From Pachysolen tannophilus NRRL Y-2460 (Eukaryota): a DNA stretch of 20,000 nucleotides. Location of the stretch: NCBI GenBank assembly GCA_001661245.1, contig KV454016.1, positions 1,108,253-1,128,252 on the forward strand. The letters run 5' to 3'. This document shows, in pieces, positions 10,923 to 20,000 of the stretch. Both the position numbers and the translations under genes were made by a program. Every line of letters begins with the position of its first letter. The stretch's first letter is position 1. The notes below the pieces were generated by a model. It saw nothing but the letters and a program-made list of their open reading frames with translations, ran no database searches and had not been told where the DNA came from.

Positions 10923-11434
10923 AAAAATATTAATATTATTAAGTGGCGAATTACATAGAGAAAATGATAAGTACAAAAATATTTTATAGAAAAATTCAAA
11001 AAATAAGCAGATAAGAGAATCTTTTTTTTTTAAACTAAAAAAAAGCTCTTAAAAAAAAGAAAAAGAAAAAAAAATTAATTTTTACAATTATATATATATA
11101 TACAATTAGTTAATAGCGCTTTAACTTTAACAAGAAAATTGTATTAGTATCATTCAATATTACCTCTATATTAAATCCATTTATAACAATCTTTATTTCA
11201 TTATAAGATAAAATTAATCAATAATATTTATTAATTTTACTAGGTTAATTTAACAAAAGATCCAACAAAGATAGTGCACAGAATACCAATACACCGAATT
11301 CGGATGCTTTAGATGAGACCATAGTAAATGGAAATATAATATGATGGATGAAGATAATGACTGATATAATTAATATAATATAAATTATATATTTGATAAT
11401 ACTAGAAATTTATTCATGATTAATTTGTTAGCCA

Positions 11435-11470
11435 ATGTGTCGTTTTTTAATATTTAAAGGTATGTAAAGG

Positions 11471-11504
<34 letters not shown>

Positions 11505-12605
11505 CTGTTAACGTTTATCACTAACAAAATTATTGAATAGGTAAAAATCCGATATTGCTATCGAATCTATTGACCAAGCCTGCTCATTCGATTATCAACC
11601 AATCATATGATTCGAGGTTACGTTTAGATATGGTTCGTCCCATTAATGGTGATGGTTTTGGAATTAGTTATTATACTCATAATGATGCTGATACTGAGGA
11701 GGAAGGTCCTTGTACTTTTAAAGCTATTACACCTGCTTGGAATAATTTGAATTTGGAAAGGTTAGCTCAAAAGACGAAATCTGATTTGGTATTTGCTCAT
11801 GTTAGAGCATCAACTTATGGTGTTTTAAGTGAAACAAATTGTCATCCTTTTACTTACCATAATATTTCATTTATGCATAATGGTGGCATTGCAAATTTTG
11901 ACAAGATTAAAAGAAAATTAATTAGTCACATAGATGATAAATATTTTTATTAATTCAAGGTGCTACCGATTCAGAATGTTCTTTTAGCTTATTTTTAGAT
12001 ACATTGGATAAAATGGGAGTTGATCCTTCAAAACCTGAAAAAGAAATTGGACATGAAAATTTAAGAAAAGCTTTGCTTAAAACAATAGAATTAATAAATA
12101 CTTGGACAAAAGAATCAGATTTGTCCAGTAAGGAACCTTCATTGTTAAATTTTGCTGTAACTGATGGTTCATCAATTGTTGTATCTCGTTATATATCTTC
12201 AAAAACAGATGAAGCTGCTAGTTTACATTTTAGTACTGGTTCAAATTTTATAGAATATGCTCCGGGACAATTTAAAATGGAGAGATTGGATAGATTACAA
12301 GATGTCATAATGATTGCTTCTGAACCTTTAACTTTTGAAAGAGGCGATTGGATTACGGTGCCGACGAATTCCACATTATCGGTAAAAATCAAACAGTATT
12401 ATTGCACCCCATTATTGATGAATATTATCAAGAAGATCCATTATTTGAAAGAAGTTCCTCATTGGCAGAAAGTAAAGGACTTATGGGTTCCATCCCAGTT
12501 GGAGAAATTGTTGATAGTGAGTTGCCACCTTTAGAAAGAGAGGGAAGATCAAGACATGTTTTAACTCAAAATCCACTGAAAGCGCAGGACGTTTCTGCAT
12601 TTTAA
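11435..12605 (+). CDS. DUG3: Dug3, glutamine amidotransferase class II subunit of the glutathione-degrading complex. Exons 11435-11459 and 11541-12605, with two 1-nt frameshifts (~11946, ~12386); ~363 aa when corrected
   Basis: Spliced N-terminus MCRFLIFKG|KNPILLSNLLTKPAHSIINQS with the Cys2 nucleophile. Motifs NGDGFG, FAHVRAST, NCHPF, FMHNGG, QGATDSEC, LLNFAVTDG, ASEPLTFERGDW and LLHPIIDEYY are spread over three frames. Confidence 0.93.
11460..11540 (+). other. Spliceosomal intron (81 nt) of DUG3
   Basis: GTATGT donor at 11460, variant branch point CACTAAC at 11519-11525, TAG acceptor at 11538-11540. G|GT = Gly keeps the frame. Confidence 0.9.
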
Positions 12606-12902
12606 AGCCTTTAAATTCAATGATAATTTATATCATTGAAACATTTTATATTGTGGTATTTTAAGATTGGTTAAAGCAGAAATTTAACTTTTTTTTTTTG
12701 AAAATAAATAAACCTTTAGTGAATTACACAAACATATATAAAAAAAAAAATGAATAAATAGTTTTCCCACAGCCAAAGCAAATCATTGGAAGATTTTTTT
12801 TCAAAAAAAGCAAACGTAACAAAGCTGATGATTTATACAAACAAATAAATAAATATATAAAAAAAATGTATTAGTCCTTCTAAATATAAAATGAAGTTAT
12901 TA

Positions 12903-14138
12903 TTAATTTAGAATTGAGCTCATGCTCATTGGAGGTGGTGTTGGATTTTCTTTATCTTTTTTAAATGGTAATGAACTTTTCCCACTTCCTTCATTAGTAC
13001 TATTATTAGAATTAGCGTTAACATTTGAATCGTAATTCACTGAAGATAAATTTTTATCTGTATTAAATTTCGGAAATACATTGGGAGGTCTAGAAGAATG
13101 AGTGAAATCTATAGGTGGAAGTTGTATTGGTGGCAATTTGATTGGGTTTTTATTAATGTTGTAATTAGGTTTCATTGGAACAATGTAAGCGGGTGTTGAA
13201 ACTGTCAGTGTTAATGGAGGTGATTGTTGCTGTTGTTTTTCTATCGAGGGTATAAATTGATCTTTTTCCAAATTTCTGCTTTTAGGAATAGATGGACTTG
13301 AAGTGGAAGAATTACTTGTATTATGTCCTGGGTTTCTCTTTCTTCTTTTTATAGTTGATCTCTTTAATTTTATTGGTCTATGACACCCATGTAATTTATA
13401 ATATAGCCCACATGCATTGCAAATGTTATTTCCTACATCATCTCTTCTCCATAAAGGCGTTACTGTTGTTCCACAATTCGTACATGCAATTGCAACAGAT
13501 TCTGATTCTTCCGCTAAATTAAGAGAAGAATCAGTATTATTTGTTGTTGATTCAATTTTTTTCCCTTCAGAAAGTTCATGTTTATGCTCATCACTATTAT
13601 CAGAACAACTTTTACAATAATGTGCTGCCTTATTTGAAGTACTATTACCATTTGATGGACCAACTTTGGAAATTACAACTCTATTATTAAAAGCGGGACA
13701 TCCACTACAAGCGGCAGAGCCTCCTGTTCCATTACATCTTCCGTCTCCTTTACATGTACCTTCATTTAATTCACTTTTTGCAACAGGAATAACGTGAAGC
13801 AGTCTTTTTAAATGCACTGGTCTATGACAATTATTGGCTCTATAATACAATCCACAAGCGTTACAAATTAAATTACCATCCACACCTTTCCTCCATAATG
13901 GAGTTTTGGTAGTACCACAATTTGAACAAACTTGACCTTGACTATTATTTGCGGTCAAATTCAGTACTATCGATGGTGGAGTTTTTATTTTTTCAGTTTC
14001 ACTCAGATTTTTATTTTCCGTTTTCATGATTTTTTGATCGTTATTGTTCAAAAAAGAATTAGTAATAAAATCTCTAACTTCTTTTTCTTTAAAATTTATA
14101 CTATCCTGAGTGGGACCAATATTCTTAGCAGCCTCCAT
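12903..14138 (-). CDS. SFU1: Iron-responsive GATA-type transcriptional repressor (Sfu1/Fep1/SreA/Urbs1 family), 411 aa
   Basis: Two GATA zinc fingers (CSNC...PLWR...CNACGLY and CTNC...PLWRR...CNACGLY) separated by the Cys-rich C-x5-C-x8-C-x2-C box ([19 protein letters not shown]). C-terminal MSMSSILN. Confidence 0.92.
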   Translation of the reverse strand: MEAAKNIGPTQDSINFKEKEVRDFITNSFLNNNDQKIMKTENKNLSETEKIKTPPSIVLNLTANNSQGQVCSNCGTTKTPLWRKGVDGNLICNACGLYYRANNCHRPVHLKRLLHVIPVAKSELNEGTCKGDGRCNGTGGSAACSGCPAFNNRVVISKVGPSNGNSTSNKAAHYCKSCSDNSDEHKHELSEGKKIESTTNNTDSSLNLAEESESVAIACTNCGTTVTPLWRRDDVGNNICNACGLYYKLHGCHRPIKLKRSTIKRRKRNPGHNTSNSSTSSPSIPKSRNLEKDQFIPSIEKQQQQSPPLTLTVSTPAYIVPMKPNYNINKNPIKLPPIQLPPIDFTHSSRPPNVFPKFNTDKNLSSVNYDSNVNANSNNSTNEGSGKSSLPFKKDKENPTPPPMSMSSILN

Positions 14139-14513
14139 CTAGAATATCTAAAATCTATATATTTTAATTTACTAAATATATAAGTAAATATATATTTATA
14201 TATATATATATATATATATTATATATTAAAGTGAAAAGAAGTTATATGTATTATTAGCTGACTGGTATATTCATCTGGATCTCAGTCCATCCTTTCTTAG
14301 TGCCTTCCAAAAGAAAGGAGAAGCAAGACTAGTGTAAAAAGGAAGGAAAAAATGAAAAAAAGTGAAAAAAAGAGCACGCACCCAACAAAGTAGTGTTGCA
14401 CACACTAAAAAAGTTCTATATCGTTTTGATCTCTAGCCAATAAAATGTCAGCTAAAAGTAATGCCACCAGAAATTCTCTCTTTGGGTTATATAACTCGTT
14501 AACTCCTTCCAGT

Positions 14514-14549
14514 ACTTAACACCTAAACGCTGACTTAACACCTAAACGC
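14514..14549. repeat. Direct repeat of 17 bp (ACTTAACACCTAAACGC) x2, period 19
   Basis: Exact copies at 14514-14530 and 14533-14549. Confidence 0.9.
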
Positions 14550-15667
14550 GGGTTTAACAATAGAAACTGCATCAAGGCTGAAAAACGATACGACGCTTAT
14601 AAAAATTTTTTTTTTTCTTTTTCTTAATTATTTATTATTTGATAAGCACTCAATTAAGAGCATTCGCATCAATCTTTTTGGGATATTTTGTTTAGATGCA
14701 AAGCGTGCTAAGATGTAGTTGATGAAAAAGAAAAAAAAAAAAAAAAATTTTTTTTTATATCAATTCGATCAATTACTCGGTACTAAAAAGAAAAAAATTA
14801 GTAAATAAAAAAAGTTCCTAATCTTTTCTAATTTAGTCAAGTGATAATGTGAATTGACATATTTAATTTTTAATTTTTAGGAAGTTAACTTTGGTGAGTT
14901 CATTTTGAAGGTAGTTAGTTGACTACCGGGATATACGTGTTACTGGAACGTTTCGTGGTTATATTCGGTAAATGTATCTAGCTTACTGCTGTACTTCGTA
15001 TTAAAAAACTTCAAGTTCCAAAATATACAGAAGTGAGAATCTCTGTGATTGGTCACAAAATTGTAAAATTTAGTCCCATTGAAAAAATTCTACATGATAA
15101 TTTTTAATATTTCACTTTCATCACTCTTGCTTTTGTTAGTATTTATGCCTAGAATTCGTAAAAGACCAAATAATAGGGGTCAGTCAACATGTATTCCTGC
15201 ATGTTCAGTTGCTGGAATAATACATTTTTAGTTAAAGTTTGTACTTTTTTATTGTCCCTCTTATAATTAAAAGCTTTTTTAGCAACTCTACATGCAATGG
15301 AAGCTGCCTATAAAAACAGGATAAAATGTTAAGTTTTTTCTCTGATATTACTAAAAAAAAAGTATTACAATGGAAATTAAGCCCAGCAGAAATGGTATTT
15401 ATTGCAAGAGAATATGTAGGTCTAGTTCAAACAATCAACAGGAAGTGGCTTCTATGCGCTGAATACCTATTGTTCAACCCAGTTGAAGGAATTATATGGG
15501 TTGTTTTTTAATTTTTTTTCATTTTTTATCTTTTTATTTTTGGTTCTTAGCTTTCTAATTAAATTATATATACGGCAAGAGATGACTACAAAATTACATT
15601 TGCTTTGCTTTGAATTATTAACAGATATTAATTTCATTTCCATTTAAAGAAACTGTAACTTTTAAAG

Positions 15668-16510
15668 ATGTCATCGGATACACATACAGCAGTTGACATC
15701 GAATCACAAGAAAAAGCAAAAGAAGAGTACTCTCCGCCATATAAGCCAGCTTACGCAAGTTACGGGTTTGGAAATGATGGTATCCGTCACCATTTCATTG
15801 CCGTAATGGGTGAATTTGTTGGTACATTTCAATTCTTATGGTGTGCCTATGCTATTGCGCAAATTGCTAACCATGATCCAGCCATGGAAGGTGGTATTAC
15901 ATCTGATCCAGGGAGACTTATCATGATATCTATGGGTTTTGGGTTTTCAGTCATGGTTTCTGTGTATTGTTTTTTCAGAGTTTCAGGTGGTAATTTGAAC
16001 CCAGCAGTCACTTTAACTTTAGTTTTAGCAAGGGCTATCCCTCCATTCAGGGGTCTTTTGATGTTCATTGCTCAAATGGTTGCTGGTATGGCAGCTGGTG
16101 GGGCTGCTTCTGCTATGACTCCTGGAGACGTTTTATTTGCAAACAGCTTAGGTGCTGATTGCTCTAAAGGTAGGGGCCTAATGTTGGAGTGTTTTGGTAC
16201 TTATGTATTGTGTATTACTGTTTTGTTCATGGCTGTTGAGAAACATCGCGCAACTTTTACTGCACCTTTTGCTATTGGTATTGCACTTTTCATTGGTCAC
16301 TTAATTTGTGTTCAATATACTGGTGCCGGATTGAACCCAGCTAGATCCTTTGGTGCTGCTATAGCTAAGGCCTCATTTCCAGTTTACTTTTGGATTTACA
16401 TTGTTGGTCCATTTTTAGGTGCTTTCTTGGCTTACTTGACATGGCAAATTCTTAAATGGTTGGATTACGAGACTTGCAACCCAGGTCAAGATGCTGATTC
16501 AAAACAGTAA
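15668..16510 (+). CDS. AQY1: Orthodox aquaporin (MIP family), 280 aa
   Basis: Two NPA motifs ([10 protein letters not shown] and [11 protein letters not shown]), GEFVGTF, six hydrophobic segments, and C-terminal [10 protein letters not shown] typical of yeast Aqy1. Confidence 0.95.
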   Translation: MSSDTHTAVDIESQEKAKEEYSPPYKPAYASYGFGNDGIRHHFIAVMGEFVGTFQFLWCAYAIAQIANHDPAMEGGITSDPGRLIMISMGFGFSVMVSVYCFFRVSGGNLNPAVTLTLVLARAIPPFRGLLMFIAQMVAGMAAGGAASAMTPGDVLFANSLGADCSKGRGLMLECFGTYVLCITVLFMAVEKHRATFTAPFAIGIALFIGHLICVQYTGAGLNPARSFGAAIAKASFPVYFWIYIVGPFLGAFLAYLTWQILKWLDYETCNPGQDADSKQ

Positions 16511-17683
16511 CATTTTAATTTTTAAAGAAAAAATTATCTTAGTTTCAAATAGTATATATTGCAATTTTATTATTTTAACATATTGTTTAATTTTTATATT
16601 TGCAAAATTATCACCTTTTTACTTTTAGGGATTATTAAGTATATATTTTTAATTAATTCACATACCATATAATAGGTTAATACATCTAAATAACAATTAT
16701 TTTTAAAGAAACCATTTGGAGTGGTTATGTCTATTGTTTTATGCTCATCCAACAATGTTTTTTTTTTTTTTTTTTGAATCATTCAAAATTGACATCCAGT
16801 GTCATCAGTTTTGTCCAATAAAAGATCTCATTGGAACTTGCAAAGGTAATCATAAGGGGATGGAATATAACTTGATCAGATATTATATTGATTTAAAATT
16901 AAATTAAATCGGTCAAAATAAATCATTTATAGCAGGCATAAACTGTAGTGCGTTATCGAAAACAGGTAAAAAAATATAGATGCAGAATCAGATAGTTCTG
17001 CTATAAGAACAAGTACACACAGTAGAAGAAGTTAGCGTTTATATGCAAAGAAACTCATTCAGAAGAAAAGTGTAGATTAGAACAAACAGAAATAATAATA
17101 ATCAAAGTTTCTAATGATGTATCTAAAAAAAAGAATCTGGGATAGAATTAAATAAAATAGAAGTTTCGTTTTCGGCAGGAGGGTACGCTTGAAAAAAGCA
17201 GCACGAGAAAGAATGTAGAAAGAGACCTGAATAATGGTTACGGAATTCTAAATTAAAAAAGGTATTGGACTAGAAGAAGAAATCAATTTGAGAAGAATCA
17301 GTTAAAGATTAAGACTGAAAATTAAACATGTGCCCAATACTAATTAGACGGTTCTTAGTAGGAGAAAACAATTCCGATGGTTTGCAATCAGTTGGCAATA
17401 TTCATAAAGATTTAGATATTCATTACTGGAAATGAATATGAAAATTAGTAACATATAGATAATTTTTGTTTTTATAGTCTAATTATTTCTCTATACATAA
17501 TTAATAGTTCTTGGTACTCTCTGCCTCAAAAGTCACCGAAATTAAATATTCTATTACCGGATTTGAATTTAGAACAGAAGTAACGAGGACATAAAGAAAT
17601 AATGATAATAACTTTATTTAAACATACAAATATAGCTTTATCTAAAAGCTTTAAGTTTAACAGAAGGGAAGCAGGAGAAAAAT

Positions 17684-17720
17684 GATGTGATAGATGTGAT
17701 AGATGTGTGTGTGTGTGTGT
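17684..17720. repeat. GATGTGATA x2 merging into a (GT)n microsatellite
   Basis: gatgtgata gatgtgata gatgtgtgtgtgtgtgtgt seen directly. Confidence 0.8.
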
Positions 17721-18272
17721 TGAGGATAATAAAATTGATTAAAGTGGTAACGGTATTGAGTGGTGTGAGATTTGCAAATATTATTTTTTACTATGATTTT
17801 TAAATTTATCACCTAACATTAAAAATACGAGGTATTATTAGCACTATAAGTGATAAAAGGGTTTATAGGTATTGCCCTTATGTCTCAGTTTCTTTAAATT
17901 ATACTTCGAAATCGGCTTGAAGGTCTCCTGCTTATTTAATTATGCCTTCTTCAGTACCCATAATATTAGAAAATATTATGAGAATATCGTGAAATAAAAA
18001 GTATTCAAGTTGTTTTCACCTTCCTTCATGTACTTGACATCTGGATTTCTTATGACCGAAACTATTATGTATAGGTAGAACCATGAAGCTATTAGTTTCT
18101 TTTAACTTTTATCATTTCAATTGGAAGCTCGGTAGACTGTTGCTTCGAAAAGCCTTCTGATTGAGTAAAATTGAAAATGTATTTAAAGAGTACCAGGTTC
18201 ATGTAAACTAGCTAATTTTATTGAGAAATTTACATTATCTGTAATTGATTTGTAGAAGAAAATTCATGAAAA

Positions 18273-19229
18273 ATGACTCTTCAATATTATACTTTGAACA
18301 ATGGTCGTAAGATTCCTGCTATAGGAATGGGTTGCTGGAAATTAGAAAATGCCGCAGATATGGTTTATGCAGCTATCAAAGAAGGATATAGATTGTTTGA
18401 TTGTGCTTGTGATTACGGTAATGAAAAAGAAGTCGGTGAAGGTATTAACAGAGCTATTAAAGATGGCTTGGTTAAGAGAAAGGACTTATTCATTACTTCC
18501 AAATTATGGAACAATTTTCATGCAAAGGAGAACGTTAAAAAAGCTTTAATGAAATCGTTGAGTGACTTCAATTTGGATTATTTTGACTTATATTTAATGC
18601 ATTTTCCAATTTCATTTAAATTTGTTCCCTTTGAAGAAAAGTATCCACCAGGATTCTATTGTGGTGATGGTGACAAATTTATCTATGAAGATGTTCCCAT
18701 AATTGAAACCTGGAGAGCAATGGAAAATTTGGTCGACGAAGGATTGGTTAAGTCAATTGGTGTTTCCAATGTTAGTGGTGGTTTACTTGAAGATTTAATT
18801 AAGGCTGCAAGAATCAAGCCTGCATCATTACAAATTGAACATCATCCTTATTTGCAGCAAAACAAATTGGTTGAGTATGCCCAATTAAAAGGTATTGTTG
18901 TTACTGGTTATTCCAATTTTGGTCCTCTATCATTTCTTGAATTAGGAAACGAGACCGCAAAAAAAACGCAACCTTTATATGAAAATAAGACAATTACTAC
19001 AATCGCTGCTAAGCATGGAAAGACCCCTTTCCAGGTTTTGTTAAGATGGGTTAATCAAAGAGGTATTGCAATTATTCCAAAATCTACTTTCCCAAATACT
19101 TTGGCTGTCAATTTACACGTCGATGAGTTTGATTTGACCAAAGAAGATTTTGAAGAAATTGCAAAGTTGGACAGGCACTTGAGATTTAACGATCCATGGA
19201 CTTGGGATAAAATTCCAACTTTTGTTTGA
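18273..19229 (+). CDS. XYL1: NAD(P)H-dependent D-xylose reductase (AKR2B), 318 aa
   Basis: [70 protein letters not shown] and [16 protein letters not shown]. From memory the sequence matches Pachysolen tannophilus Xyl1. Confidence 0.97.
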   Translation: MTLQYYTLNNGRKIPAIGMGCWKLENAADMVYAAIKEGYRLFDCACDYGNEKEVGEGINRAIKDGLVKRKDLFITSKLWNNFHAKENVKKALMKSLSDFNLDYFDLYLMHFPISFKFVPFEEKYPPGFYCGDGDKFIYEDVPIIETWRAMENLVDEGLVKSIGVSNVSGGLLEDLIKAARIKPASLQIEHHPYLQQNKLVEYAQLKGIVVTGYSNFGPLSFLELGNETAKKTQPLYENKTITTIAAKHGKTPFQVLLRWVNQRGIAIIPKSTFPNTLAVNLHVDEFDLTKEDFEEIAKLDRHLRFNDPWTWDKIPTFV

Positions 19230-19850
19230 TCTTTTTTTGATAATTTTTTTTTTACGTTTTTTGACTTTTGATTTTTCTTAATATTAATATAAGATATCGC
19301 ATTTTTTAAAAGAGCTTTCAAGAATGATAGCTAAAAATATACCTAAAGATTTGTATTACTGCTTAAATTAATCATTCTGAAAAAAAGTGTTCATGGTTAA
19401 GTCTGAACTTCGGTAATAAAATGGTACAAGTAGAATGGGGCGATCACTCTGTAATTAAATCTACTTGGAACGTTTGAGATGAAGACATTGGTTTTAGCGA
19501 AGATATCTATAAAAGGTTAAAAAAATGATTAATAAAAGACCAAGATGTTGGTGGTTTTGCTGTAGTTCAAAACTGATATCTTTTTTACATTATCAGCCGT
19601 AGTTAAGTAAATATTAGCCCTTACTGCTTTATCATGCATGTAGTTCAATGTAGTGCATAGTTTAAAAATAAAGATAATAGAATGAATTAATAAAAAATCT
19701 ATTTGGTTTTAGCTTACTGAAGAAAAAAAGCACATGGAATCCTTTGATAAATATTTTGGTATATACGAGATTCTCAGCTCTGTTGATCCGAACTTACCAA
19801 GTGTTGTTCACAAAAGTAAAGGGAACCATAAATCACGACTATAAGGGAAA

Positions 19851-20000
19851 AGTGGTGTGAGTGGTGTGAGTGGTGTGAGTGGTGTGAGTGGTGTGAGTGG
19901 TGTGAGTGGTGTGAGTGGTGTGAGTGGTGTGAGTGGTGTGAGTGGTGTGAGTGGTGTGAGTGGTGTGAGTGGTGTGAGTGGTGTGAGTGGTGTGAGTGGT
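19851..20000 (+). repeat. Perfect 9-bp tandem array (AGTGGTGTG)n, over 16 copies, running off the window end; probable telomere
   Basis: Homogeneous GT-rich units with no C on the + strand. The G-rich strand runs 5'->3' toward the sequence end, as expected for a right telomere. Confidence 0.8.

Noticed and set aside
10495..10925. Recombinase-type inverted repeats, or an intron, explaining the split FHA gene
   Set aside because: No inverted repeat is visible at the breakpoints and there is no recombinase gene in the window. The two halves are on opposite strands, so cis-splicing cannot join them.
11555..12605. Three separate genes, as shown in the ORF track
   Set aside because: They are consecutive parts of one DUG3 coding sequence.
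1628..19321. Short antisense or alternate-frame ORFs overlapping EXG1, the AKR gene, SFU1, AQY1 and XYL1
   Set aside because: Shadow ORFs of well-supported genes, with no independent evidence.
19851..20000. CRISPR array or coding repeat interpretation
   Set aside because: There are no spacers and no ORF, and the context is eukaryotic.

Overview
AT-rich eukaryotic (budding yeast) draft-genome window with two N-gaps. It appears to end in a chromosome-end telomeric array of (AGTGGTGTG)n. From memory, the xylose reductase matches Pachysolen tannophilus Xyl1, a yeast known to read CUG as Ala. Genes in order: a possible partial 3' gene end; EXG1-type exo-1,3-beta-glucanase; an intron-containing GCY1/YPR1-like aldo-keto reductase; an unknown tail-anchored protein; an FHA-domain/acidic/tail-anchored gene; intron-containing DUG3 with two homopolymer frameshifts; an iron-responsive GATA repressor (SFU1/Fep1/SreA type); aquaporin AQY1; and XYL1, about 620 bp from the terminal repeats. 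The most unusual observation is the FHA gene. It is split across opposite strands, and flipping 10506-10913 (408 bp) restores one seamless ~455-aa ORF with an intact FHA motif.
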